A stretch of DNA of 64,000 bases, from positions 12,596-76,595 of the forward strand of contig JAUCBJ010006632.1 in NCBI GenBank assembly GCA_032718475.1, written 5' to 3'. The notes under the pieces are model-generated. The model did no database searches. It worked only from the letters and a program-made list of their open reading frames with translations, and was not told the DNA's origin. This document shows positions 35,546 to 48,128 of this stretch, in pieces; position 1 is the stretch's first letter, and every line of letters begins with the position of its first letter. The translations under genes were made by a program, and so were the position numbers. The DNA comes from Nemertoderma westbladi. Taxonomy: Eukaryota; Animalia; Xenacoelomorpha.

Positions 35546-38500
35546 GTGACTCACCCTGACAAGCCAGACAAAGTCCGAGTAGTCAACGACTGCGCAGCAG
35601 TCTATAGAGGTATGTCCCTGAATTCAGAGTTGATGGATGGTCCCAACCTGAATAACTATTTGATTGGAATACTGTTGCGTTTTAGACAGCGGCGATTCGC
35701 ATTTACTTGTGACATCGAGGCGATGTTCCACCAGGTAAGAGCCTGTAAGGCAGACCAGGATAGCCTTCGATTTCTCTGGTTTGAGAATGAAGACTTATCC
35801 GGCCCAGTGGTTACATACCAAATGTACGTTAGGATATTTGGCGCCCGCGATAGTCCGAATGGCACGCTGTTCGTTCTAAAGAAAACGGCAACAGCCCAGA
35901 TTGGTAAGTACCCAGTAGAAGTAATCGAGTCCATCTTGAGAAACTTCTATATGGACGACGGATTGGTGTCCAAGGACACAGCGGAACAAGCCATAGAAGT
36001 GGCTCACGGCCTGCAAGAGTGCTTGGCTACAGGGGGTTTTCCTCTAACCAAGTTCACTACTAACTCGGAGGCCCTATTAGAATCGTTCCCGGTAAAAGAT
36101 CGCGGGAGCGGAGACATTGAATTGGGGGTAGAACCAATCCCCATGGCGCGAGTACTGGGACTCGCTTGGAATCCGAACTCGGATAAGTTCCAGGTAAGAG
36201 TTAGATTTGAGCCCAGTAGCCCAGACAAAGTTTTGACAAAGAGAATTTGCTTATCGACATTAAGTAGACTATTTGACCCGATGAACTTTATCAGTCCGGT
36301 TATATTACAGGCACGAGCGTGCATGAGGAAAATTTGGTTGTCCGACTTAGAGTGGGACGAACCAATATCTCCTATACATGCAAAGCAGTGGAGGGAGTGG
36401 GAAGCCGAGTTGCATCTATTGAAAAATATAGATGTACCCCGTTCCTACTTTCCGAATCAGCTGGTATTTCCAGCTGATTTAGAACTGCATTTATTTAGTG
36501 ACCGGCTTTGGTATGGTAGCCTACCTTCGCCGAGAGGTAAGTCAGGACAAATTTGAGACGGCCTTTGTGACTTCTAGATCAAAGACAATGCCGGTCAAAT
36601 ATATGACTGTCCCTCGTGCAGAGTTACAGGCGGCTGTAGTTTCGGTCGAGGTAAGTAAGCAAATAACTGAGGAGTTAGACACGACATTGACCTTATTCTA
36701 TTGGACGGACGCATCCTTGGTGTTAGTATACATTGCGGCCGACAATATTGCACTAAAGACATTTGTGGCCAATAGACGCGCTCAGATCGTTGATTTTTCG
36801 ACGAAGGAACAATGGAGACATTGTCCGGGAGTGTTGAACCCGGCCGACATAACTTCGAGAGGTGCAATGCCGGCGGAATTCTGTCGGGAAGAGTCGCAGG
36901 AGTTTTGGTTGCATGGACCTGATTTTCTAACGAGGACACAGGAACATTGGCCAGAGCGACTAAAGATAGTGACCAATCCGATGCCTGAAGATGCAGAAGT
37001 CAAGGTGGAGAAAGTCTCTAAGTCGAAGTCTAAAGCCAAACTTAAGTCATTGGAGCGGCCTGAAGAGTCATTGGAGCGGCCTGAAGAATCATTGGAGCGG
37101 CCCGGAGACCTGTCAGACCAACAGACTTACGTGACTACTAGGTCCGGAAGGGTAAGTTATGACGTAAAACCACCCTTACAGACTAAACCAGAGTCACAGT
37201 TGGTAAGTGACGGACAGAAAATGACCGACACAATGGAGTCTTTGGTTTCCAAACCTGCGGGTTTGGATTCGAAACTTCCATTAGTTAGCGGACAACCGTC
37301 GCTGGCATTAGAGTCATGCAGTATTTATGACAAATTACTAAATTCGTCTGCCTCTTGGCTGACAATTTGTAAAAGAACTGCGTGGTTAAGCCGATACGTT
37401 TCGTACCTTTGTTTAAAACATTCGAAACATTTGAGAGAACCATTGAGCACCAATAGTGAGCGAATTCAGAAATTGAAACAACCTCTGACAGAGGATGAGA
37501 TTGATCAAGCGGAATTAAAGCATTTGAAGCATTATCAAATGTGTGCCTTCCCGAAAGAATTCCATCTATTATCGGCTCATCGACCAGTTCTCTATAAACC
37601 CCTTAGAAAATGGAGTCCATTAATCCATAAGGGTTTAATTTGTCATAGATCGAGAATCCAGACTGTCGACATAAACTCACAGTTTAGGTTCCCAGTGATA
37701 ATCCCTAGTCACCCAATAGAATTGCAAAGAGCGATTCTATGGGATATACACAAGAGGTTGCATCACGCGGGAAAGTTACACTGTCTGTCGGCAGCGAGAC
37801 AGCGATTCATTCTATTGCAGCCAAGCAGGGCAGTAGGCACTATGTACGACGCCTGTCTGGTTTGCAAGAGAGTGAACGCCAGAGTATTGGAACAGGAGAT
37901 GGCTGAACTCCCGGAAGCGAGAGTGCAGGCATATGACCCACCCTTTACGAATACAGGGGTGGACTGTTTTGGTCCGATTGAAGCAAAGAGTGGACGGCTG
38001 ACCCACAAGCGATGGGGTCTGCTACTGACATGTATGGCCAGTAGAGCCATACACATCGAGCGTGTGGCAGACATGTCGACCAAATCTCTGCTCCTGGCCT
38101 TAAAGAGATTTATGGCCAGGAGAGGACTAGTAAAGGCGTTCTACTCTGACAAGGGTACAAACTTTGTCGGAGGGAATAGCGAGTTGAACGCGGCTCATAA
38201 AGCAGCACAGAATAAGGAAATTTCTGCAGCACTTTTGCCGCAACGAGTAGAATGGAGATTCAATACTCCAGAAAGTCCTTGGAGAGGAGGAAGTTGGGAG
38301 CGTTTGGTTCGCTCTGTGAAGCAGGCCATTGCCAAAACATTGCCTGTGAACAAACAACTTACCGACGACGAACTGGTCACAGCTTTTATTGAAATCGAGC
38401 ATACCCTAAACTCGAGGCCGATAGCTATGTTGCCAGACGGTGTTGCATTAACGCCGAATCATTTGCTAATGCAGAGTCCAGCATTTCTTGTGCCGGCATC

Positions 38501-38912
38501 AGAACCCATTAGTGCCGACCTATATAGTCGTAAGAGCTGGAAAGTAACACAGTTTGTGGCGTACACATTCTGGGAATATTGGCGGGAATACTATCTTCCC
38601 ACCATATCCACCAGAACAAAGTGGTACAAAACGGTTCGGAGTCTCCAAAGGGGAGATTACGTGTTGATAACCGAACCCATTGTCAAGAGAAAGTATTGGG
38701 AGACGGGAGTGATCTTGCACACACACCCAGACGTGCAAAACATAGTGCGCACAGTCACTGTGAAAATTAGGTGCAAGTGTCCGCACCCAAAAAAGTGTAA
38801 AACTAATGGTTTACACACCTTGGACCGACCGGTCCAAGATATTGTGTTATTAGAGGAGACACGTATCGAGACGGGAGATTATAATTTGTCTCCTGCCTCA
38901 AAACTGAATTAG
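35546..38912 (+). pseudogene. pol: C pol (RT, RNase H, integrase); frameshifting deletion in the RNase H FSDAS motif near 36500
   Basis: GPNLNN, DIEAMFHQV, FYMDD, LHLFSD|GFGMVAYLR, NPADITSRG, TGVDCFGP, SDKGTNF, WRGGSWERL. Confidence 0.92.
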
Positions 38913-39676
38913 TGTTGGACGCAACTCACTTCGTATGCATTCCTCGTATGCAAATACAAGGAAATGCATAGGAGCGGGGTTGTGGTGATTTGCGTTGAGT
39001 TTTGTCTGGTGGGTATCAAAACAAAATTTTATTTCAAAAATTTTGGAAAAAATTAGAAAATTTTAAAAATTAGAAGTGAACCCAAGACAATTCCAGACGC
39101 TGTGTATAGACGCGTTTTAGAATTCGTCTATAGATAAACAGTAATTTGAAAAGTCGTGAAGCCTGGAAAATAGCATTTAGAAACCATGGTGACGGCTATA
39201 TTACGTAGGAGTGTAAATTGAGTTTAGCAACTTCCACAGATTGGTGCCAACAGTGCAACTAAGGTGCTAAAGGTTAGTAGCACCAGAGGGGTGCACGGAC
39301 CCCACTCAGTAGTTTGCAGGATGTGTGATGTTCGATTATCAAACCTGTGGGTTTGGTATAGTCGAGTATTGTGGCTATAGTCCTTTCTAACTACTGTAGT
39401 TTAGTACGAGTAATGGGAGTAGTTTGGGCATCAAAAAGTGAGTTGGTCACGGCCAGTTTATCTCCAAAGTTTTTGCGCTATGCATGGGAATAGGTTAGAG
39501 GATAGTTAGTTAGGAAGAGACGGGATCTAGAGAGTCGAACCTGAACTGCTGGAAGGCGGGGGGGGGGGGTTCGGGAGGTCTGTCCTTCGGCGACATCTAA
39601 CTGATTTACCCACAGTGTAGTTGGTTACGTAACGGCACTTATTGGGATATATATATATGTATATACGCGTAACATA

Positions 39677-42600
39677 ATGGAGAGGGATATTAGAGCGCAA
39701 CCGCGCAGAGGATTTACTGCCAGAGAGGAGGCGGAGCTACCATTCGCGCGACCAGGATGTAAAGACTCTAACGTTTACTACCATGGGCGGTCCGTGATGG
39801 AGCTGAACGGGAAGTATAAACCAAGTTATGATAAAGAATTACGGAGAGAAAGAATGAGAGCGTTGGGGGACCGGATGGAAGTCTTGCGGAGAGAGTATCG
39901 CACGCGGTATCCCTACGACTTTGCTTTGGACGTGTGCGACATTAGCGCAGATCCGGACGAGGAAATCGCACGACTATACCATATGAATATGTATTTACGA
40001 CATGAGGAGCCTCTACCTGCAGTCCGAGACCAGTTCGACGGAATGCACCTGTATCGGAGGACTCGAGGCGAGGATCAGGAGACGCCGAAAGTCTTCAGCG
40101 TATACAAGCTCTTCTACAAGTGTGGTGAATGCATGAATAAACAGGACGTGGCGATTCCCGACCGATTAGACGAGCAACATCCGGAACCGATATTAACGCG
40201 ATGTCCAGCTCACCAATTCCTTAGATACAACGAGGGAGGTTACCTGATGAGCAACCCGATGATCAGTATCGACTTCAGTGGAAAGCGACCTCCGAGACCC
40301 ATTACGCCGACCGTTACGACATTAGATCCGTATACGGAGATTAAACCCTGTTCGACACCCAGTTTGATAGAGACGGCAGCGGCCATTTTGCTGTACCGAT
40401 CCTACAAGGATCTAGAGGCGCGGCGCGAAGCGGCGCGGGACTCGGGTACCAAACCCGTGGGTTTGGAGCTCTCGAGTCCCTGGACTGCGTTTACTTCACC
40501 TCACCGAGTGAGAAGCCTCACACCTGAGCATCAGGACGACATAGACGCGTTGCGGCAGGAGGAGCGAGTGGCGAAGGCGAAAGAGTTATCAGGATAGCTA
40601 CTTATTAACAGGATAGCGGAGTATAATAAGACCGCGGATAGACATCAAGAGGAGACGAGGAGAGTGACCGGATTTGTTCCACAGGTCGTATCTCAACCCG
40701 GACCGGTGTATTATTCCGACGGCACCGAACCTGCGATATTAGTAGATCATCCGGAGTCGCGAGAAGCGATACGATGAAGATGGTAAGAATGGCGGACCAT
40801 TGGAACGTTGACTGTCTACGGGAAGTTTTATGCGCGAAGTTCTTGCGTGATGTCCCAATGCAGATCACAGATTACGACACTTTGGACAAGATTGGAGCTC
40901 CGGGGAAGGAGAGTAAGTTATTCGGATGGTTGGATAAGTACATCAAGGTATGGGTCGCGGTGGCTACATTCCCAGATGACGAGGAAGTAGACCAGACGTG
41001 GCTGAGGAGGAAGGGTTCTTATACCCGATATGATGACCACAAGGCGATCGAGCGCATGTGGACCCCATCAGATGAGATTCAGCGTCAGTGGAGGAAAACG
41101 GAGGAATCACTGCAGGATTGGAGAGTGATGTTCTACGACAATGAAGGAGGGTCCCATCAGGAATGCTTGACTAGCAAGTGTATTCAAATTCGTGCGGCCG
41201 ATGGTGTGACTCATGTGTTTATGCGTGTGAGGGCGGATCGAGAGAGACCGGAGCCCATCATAACGACACAATATCGGAAAGGGAAGGATCCTAGGGAACA
41301 GATTTTGGAGGTATGCAGGCGAGGAGGTATGCACGGAGCGGAGCGTATCGACGCCAGGATGTTACCAAAGAAGGTTAGAGAGGCTATTCTCAACCAAGAT
41401 TACGTCAAGGTGGGATCGGGAGTCCAGAGCGATTTGGAGAGCGACTTCAACGCCATGACTGATCTGGAAGATAGATTGCCGAGACCGTTTGTCGACACCA
41501 AGCTATTGTTGCTATGGGCACAGGATATTGGAATTTATAGGGAGTATCCCAACTCTGCCAAGACTGGTATGGGCTTTATAGCACACTTGTTGTATAATTG
41601 GGACTTTAAGTTGAAGACGCAAAAGAAGTACGAGGAGGCGTATGGCGAATACAACACGCCACCGGGAGCGGAGTTCAAATCCCACTTCAAGCGGCAAGCG
41701 TTAGTGTATTGGAACATTTGCGCGCCACCCCGTGCGTCGCTACAATATTATTTGGTGCTTGAGTCGAACACGGTGACTTGTTTATTAGCGGATATCGTTG
41801 CGCGAGTTTTGAAGCGTCATCCATTGGTATTCGGAGGAGATCAATACGTTCGCTCGAAAGGGGGAATCCAATCCGACGTGATGAAGCGTTTCTTAACCCC
41901 GTTCTTCAACCAATCGTTAGAGAATACGTCGATGGTGAGGAGAGGATTAGCGATATTCGAAGGAGTATATCGACAGAACATCGGAGATTTGGGAGACCGA
42001 CCGTCGATGGAATATCCGACGCCAGAAGCTTTGGAGAAGTGGTTCGGGAATCAAACCCGCGGGTTTGGTACTCCCTTCCACTCGGAGGCTGATAGACCTG
42101 TTAAGGAGGGCTGGCCGGAAACGTTAGTAGAGGTGTTCGGAGTAGATCTTCCGGTGGAGAAGACATATCCGAAACGAACGCGGGAGGAAATATTGGAGAT
42201 AGAGGACAAGGGCGAGGATGTTTACTTTGTTCCGGATCGACAACCGTTGACCGGAGAGGACGACATCGTATTAGACATTGGGAAGGAAGGAAGTGCGAAA
42301 CCGATTGGAGACCTCATATACGAGAGGGCCTGGTTTCCACAAGCGCGTAGGTGCAAATTGTGCGGCAGCACAAGGCACAATCTAAAGTCGTGCGACGCGG
42401 TAATAGAGGCGGCGCATAAGGTCTGTCGTTGGTGCAATGAGACCGACCATTCGTTTCACACGTGCACCGTCTTCATTTCTCAATGTGGATATTGTGGAGT
42501 AAAAGGACACCGTAGCGCGAGATGTCAGCTGCGAGATGATTCCTTTCAAAACCATAGCGCTAACCTACTTCGGGTGATGTTAGATAAGTGGGAGAGTGTG

Positions 42601-43392
42601 GCGGATTACCATATTCAAGCGCAGATGCGTTGGTTACCATTTAAAGCGGGATATGGGTTTTGGGCGGTAGACCCATCGCATGTTGCGTACGAGCCATATC
42701 TACAATCGCTACCACAATATCAGGAGCTCATCCTAACTGCTCAAGACCTTCCACAGAACACTGGAGTTATCGTAGTCCGAGAATACTTCAGACAATTGAA
42801 CATGGACAATAAGTACACATGGAACTTCGTTGCTATTTGCGATCGCATCACGAAGGGTGTATTTACGGAGACTAGAAAAGTGGTACGCGCGCGAGGTGAT
42901 TGGAGGATGGCGGCTATACAATACCGCAACGAATTCTTGTTGACTCATGTGCCAGTGGGTTCATTGACCGCCGAGAGGATACAGGAACAAAGGATCGCAG
43001 CGACCACAGCGACGACCGCTGGAGCTCAAGGCTCGCGGAAAGAACCAGGAGGAGGGGTCCAAGACAAGCGTCAAGTCAAGGACGACCACTACCACTCCAT
43101 TATAGAAGCTCAACGGTTGCAGCGCAAGGCGCAGGGGGCGTCTGAGAAAGCGCGTGTGCAACTGCAGAAGGAAGAGTTGGCGGAAGCGACCACGGGAGCG
43201 CGACAATTGGGACGAGGCCGAGGGAGAAGTTCAAGCCGAGAATCTGTCGGGGCTCAGGGAACGTCGTCGCCGGTTCCGGGGAGTGACGCCTCACGGACGC
43301 CGTCAACGGAGTCGACTAGAGGTAGATTAGTGTATCTGGGAAGGGGACGAAAGAGAGGAGCGAGCCCAAAGAACCCAGGAGCGGGTCGATAA
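39677..43392 (+). CDS. C accessory ORF3 (~1240 aa if repaired): novel N-domain, DEDDy-type exonuclease, 3 CCHC knuckles, basic tail; one stop (40595) and one frameshift (~40770)
   Basis: FYDNEG, CIQIR, LP..VREAILNQDYVKVGSGVQSDL, FVDTK, GMGFIAHLLYNWDFK, YYLVLE; CKLCGSTRHNLKSC, CRWCNETDHSFHTC, CGYCGVKGHRSARC; the inter-ORF segment ILVDHPESRE matches A ILVEPPDNRA. Confidence 0.85.
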
Positions 43393-45005
43393 TACATTAT
43401 GGCACAGGGCGACAGACTCTAGATATATACATCATCGTCGCTCTGATGTATATTGTAGCATTTGAAAATTTTCGACTAGACTCGTACCTAAAGAGGTGAG
43501 GTCTCTATAGGGGTGCGAGTAACAGGCGGCGGCGGACTCGTGAGGGTCTGGGGGCACGTTAAACACTAGTCTAAGTGCAAGGGAGATACTGATGGCCCTC
43601 GTGTCTAGCGAACCATGAATTGCCATGGTGCCGTGGTTCCGTCTAGTCGGCATGTTGCCGTACTGCCAGTCCTGTACACAGTAGGGGTGGTGGCATGGCG
43701 TGATTTGTGGTGTCATGTGGTGTGAACTGTGGTTTGTATGTGGGCGATCAGTGGCAGTTGCTTGGGGCTCGGATGGGTTCCTTTGGCCATCAGCTGTTCC
43801 GTTTTTTTGATACTATATGTTATTGTCTCCATGTTCAGCTGATTGGTTTTTGGGATTTGTTTGGGCCTTTGAGTTTTCTGTTGCTGTGGGTACGTGAGTA
43901 CACGTGATTGTGTGTATGGCCACTGCGAGTGAGTGTGGGAAACCTTGCCGGTTGGACAAGACGCCGCTGGTATTAGTAGGACCATACTTTACTGCGCCCC
44001 AGCATACTTTGTGCACACAAGTTATTTTACCTTGTCGGTAAAATAAAGTACTCTCGACTTTCTCATTCTCTCTCAAGTCGATACAACTAGTCCCTCCCGA
44101 TTTTGACACCGATTTTGTCTTTCACGATTATGTCCTCTGTGTGTGCATGGTATGTGTCCGATTTTGTGTTTACCGTAGTGTACTTGATATTGTGAACATC
44201 TGTTGAGTACACGTGTATAGGACTGGTAAGTGGTTACTTGTTCCTAGCTTTCGAGCTAGTCAGTATTGTTTGTGGAACTTACTTCCCCTCAATACTGCCG
44301 GCGAGGCGGGTGAAAACGTGTCAATATTCCATGTTGGGTAGCACAAGCCCACTTGGGACAAGACCGTCGGTTAGGCCCAAGGGCGACCTTGGTGCTTGAT
44401 CGCTATCGACTGGTCCACCCGCCGGTTGACTCTCTGAGTTGGCTCAATGTACAGTCAGGCCACAGTAAGTTGACAGTAGCCGCCCATCTGGCTACACGTT
44501 CGACGAGCTGTGCCGGTGTGATCGGGGAATTGAAAATTGAACCCGGGAAGCATCGGGCCATCCCCCGGCCCGGTCTGATAATAACATCAGTCAGACTGGC
44601 CCCAGGGGTGGTGGAAACACGTCCGCCTCGTGGGTGCGCCTCGGGGAGGAGCCCAGAAGGACGTAAGCGATACACTAGTTGAGTTATTTGAATTTATATT
44701 ATGAAAGAGGCGAAGGAAGTGATTGGGGAGACAAACCTGCAGGTTTGGCTTACTCCTTTCACTTGCCCTAGCAAAATTTTTATATTTGATTTTGTATGTA
44801 GTAATCATTATGTAGTAAGAATGAACGAGAAACAATATTTTGTAAATTTAATTTGTATGTAATTCATTATGCAATATCTATGGCAATATTTGTAAATAGT
44901 AGAATTATTATGTTATTTAGATTGGTTGGAAGAAATTTATTTTGTTTTGTATACATCACCTTATACTCTTCTACAATTGGAGGGAAACATTATATGATTT
45001 CCCTT

Positions 45006-45012
45006 GGAGCGG
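45006..45012 (+). promoter_or_regulatory. Short PPT of C (GGAGCGG)
   Basis: Abuts the 3' LTR; same ending as B. Confidence 0.65.
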
Positions 45013-47193
45013 TGTTACGGTATATGGCGCTGTATCCACAGTATTAGTCCATTATGCAGTATGCAGTATTAGTCCATTATGCAGTATGCAGTATTAGTCC
45101 GTTATACTGTACGTAATATTAGTCCGTTGTGCAGTATAATTATTTAGATAAGGCGCAGTGTGGTGACATTTAGGTAAGGAAGTTAAAACGCCCATATATT
45201 TTGCATCCATTCATTTTGTATAGTATGTAGCCCTACCTACGTAATTTTGTATTAGGATATATGTAGATAGTTCCAGGGTTGCGAGTTTACTCGGACCCTG
45301 GATTTTGTGCTTGCTGATATTAGTTTGATAGGGCTAGCATATAGGGACGCTGTCCTGGCCATTCAGCAGCCAGAGACGTGATCCATTACCATATATGGTA
45401 ATAATTTGAGGGCATAGGGCTACAATCCGGTCTCCTTATTGGATTAACTGCTTCCAGGTTGGTTTAATGCTAGCATGGACTGGAGAGCCAATGGGAGAGC
45501 GATTGAGTCACCTTATTGCATCACCCCATCGGGATCACCTATAAATTGGCGGTGTGCCGGTAGGGCCTTTTGTTGTTCATATGTTCATGCCTTATCACAT
45601 GACACACCCCTGTTACAATTTACTTGCTGAGCTGTCTCTAATTTTGTATTAGGATATCGTATTTTCTGCAATTTGCTAATTTTGATTAATTTCTTGGAAT
45701 GATTTGCTAGTACGATTACTTTGCTTGTGTTTCTCAATAATTCCTTCGATTACTGCAAATTACAATCGAACTATGATTTCTACCTTTGATTGATGGTTCT
45801 ATGTGATTCTTTTCTGCGCAATAATCCCAAGGGATTCCTGAGACTGTCAGACTTTGTGATTTGCATGCGCCGCTACGGTAGCTATTAGCATCATGGAGGG
45901 CTAAGGTGCCAGTGGGCGGTGGGCGCATCGGGGGGTTGAGCGACTAGGAGAGAGCGGAGGATTCAAAGCGGGCAACGCTGGCCAGGGTCACCGTTGCGGG
46001 CGGGTATCTTGCACTGCGGCACGCAGACCGATCGCCGGTACAGTATCTAGGGGGCTGATGATCCAGGTTTTGTCTCTATTTAGTATTAGGGGGGCAGGAA
46101 TTGGGTTAGTTAGGAATCCTAGATGTACCCGGGAGAGGCCTGCGCGTATTACAACGTTGAGTGTGGAGTACGAGTAGTGAATTGCACAATTGTAAACTGT
46201 GATTTCTAACGCTGATTGGTGTGTTATTGAAGTGTGCCTAAGATTACGAATGCTTAGATAGGCGCTCTTTTCCTTTGATTGATTTCTATTTCTTAGTTAC
46301 AATAATTAGTTATTGTTTAGGTCAAAGTAATACGGCAATTTAGGCTATTACTAGCGAAACCTGTTGCGTGATAAATTAGAATTACGTATTCTGGAACTCT
46401 TAGTAATTAGTACGCTGTTAAATATTTGTGACTGTAATTAATTAGTAAAAAATTAAGAATTAGTACGCAGCATAGCGGAGAGTAGCTAAGGTAATAATTA
46501 GTGTACTGTAAACTATTCACGCTGAGCGGTTATTTGCATTAGCGGGCAATCAGCTAGAACGCACTATTCGGTACGCACGATACGCTAGTAATTTTGCTGG
46601 CCTAAAGCCAGTCGCGGGCAGTTTTAGACTCGGAGTGGTATTATCCACGTAGAAACAGATACTGTACCATTTTGATATTTTAAATATTCTCGCATTCACA
46701 CATTACGTTAGGGAACCTCCAGTATTCGCGATTAGAAAGACGTAGGTAATAGCGTGCTTTAATAGTGATAGAATTAGGCGTAAGAATACTCTGAGTGCAA
46801 GGCCTCTCGCACTCGTCTTAAGTAAGCTTAGGGAGCCGACTCGGGTTTATTGTTTTGGTTATTCATGCGTGGCTCATAGATTCGAACAGTTAGCTCTCTA
46901 TCGAGCAATCGGTAGAGAAAGGAACAAGCGATTTTGCAGGAGTTGTGTAAATTTAGTAAAATATATTAGCGGACGGCAGATTAGCGCCATCTAACGGTAA
47001 GTAGCGGTTTGTATTTAGCAACCCTTACAATTTAGTAATATCACGCTCCTGAGCCCCTTTACTTAACAGTAGAGCAGTCTTTGTGTCTGACGAGTGGTTA
47101 GACGAGAACTTATTAGGTTGGCAGAAGGATATTAACGGGTATTGGTCTGTTCAACAGTTCTGCTGTTAGTATAGAGGTCGCGGTTGTTTATCA
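45013..47193 (+). repeat. 3' LTR of C (2181 bp)
   Basis: Direct repeat of 26957-29140. Confidence 0.96.
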
Positions 47194-47258
47194 ATACGAG
47201 TAGGCACTTTACTGAGAAGCCACAATGGGGCAATAACTGAGACAACCTGAGTTCCATT

Positions 47259-47267
47259 ACTGCGCCA
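47259..47267 (-). promoter_or_regulatory. Canonical tRNA PBS of Gypsy element E (TGGCGCAGT, tRNA-Ser-like)
   Basis: Minus strand reads ..CATACCA|TGGCGCAGT, upstream of E gag once C is removed. Confidence 0.65.
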
Positions 47268-47500
47268 TGGTATGTTTTGTATAATCTTATCCAACGATAT
47301 CAAAAACATATGTTCAGTTAACCAGTACAGCAGTGTATTTCAGTAGTTATAAAGATTTAAGATATCTGACTGTCAACCACACAGAATACCTAAATATAAT
47401 ATATGTATATATCTTTACAGCCCGGACTGGTACCCAATCACCTGTACCGCTTACACATACCGTTATACAGTATGATAATTGTATAATATTACATATCACA
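47268..47500 (-). repeat. Probable 5' LTR of Gypsy element E
   Basis: Minus-strand TGTGATATG...CATACCA termini next to the PBS; no partner LTR in the window, so the outer boundary is tentative. Confidence 0.5.
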
Positions 47501-48123
47501 CCAGTGTTGTAATGTTTGAGGACAGGGGTAGTGATAAGTATCCCTTTACATACAGAACAGTGCAATAATAGTAATGTTCTAGAACTTTCGCAAAGACGCG
47601 ACGCTTCTACCTACAGAATACCGCCGGATTTCCTATACAAATCGAGGCGAAAATGTAAAACTGGAAACCTCTTCTCTTATCATGACAACCGACATCAGTC
47701 GCGCGACTACGGGGTTTATTTCGACGAGAAGTTTGGGAAGTTTAAATCATACGGAGATAAGCGGCAGCATCTGTCTGCGAACCACATCGAGTGGGTGAGT
47801 GACACAGCTGTGCGAGGTACCCAGCCCTACACGTCGGTTTACCGGAGGAGTTTCAACCGAGTCTTGTCTGTAACCCCGGATACTACCGCGGGGATATCGC
47901 TTGATATCCCTCCTGTATTCCGGGCCGCCACGTCGGAATCATTCCGAACCCACTCCCGCTCCCCCCGTAGTCAGGGCGACTGATCGCTCGGAATATATCC
48001 GGGTTGGTATGACAGCTCCTTTTCCGGTTCATTTAGGACTCCTCTTTGCTCCCTCACTTTGGCAAAGGAACCGTTCCAGAAATAACTGGCGATATTCAAA
48101 CAGAGGCGTTAAAATATAATAGG

Positions 48124-48128
48124 ATTTA
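48124..48128. repeat. 5-bp TSD ATTTA of element D (second copy 61068-61072)
   Basis: attta|TGTTAGC and GTCACA|attta. Confidence 0.95.

Larger units (their letters stand above)
26957..47193 (+). mobile_element. BEL/Pao LTR retrotransposon C (20.2 kb) inserted in the leader of Gypsy element E
   Basis: LTRs 26957-29140 and 45013-47193, 5-bp TSD, gag-PR-RT-RH-IN plus accessory ORF. Confidence 0.96.

Noticed and set aside
39677-43392. ORF3 as an envelope gene
   Set aside because: No signal peptide or transmembrane segment visible; the motifs fit an exonuclease plus zinc knuckles
47505-48123. TGTTGTAATG start and a 155-aa ORF as another LTR or gene
   Set aside because: No second copy, PBS or recognisable protein motif
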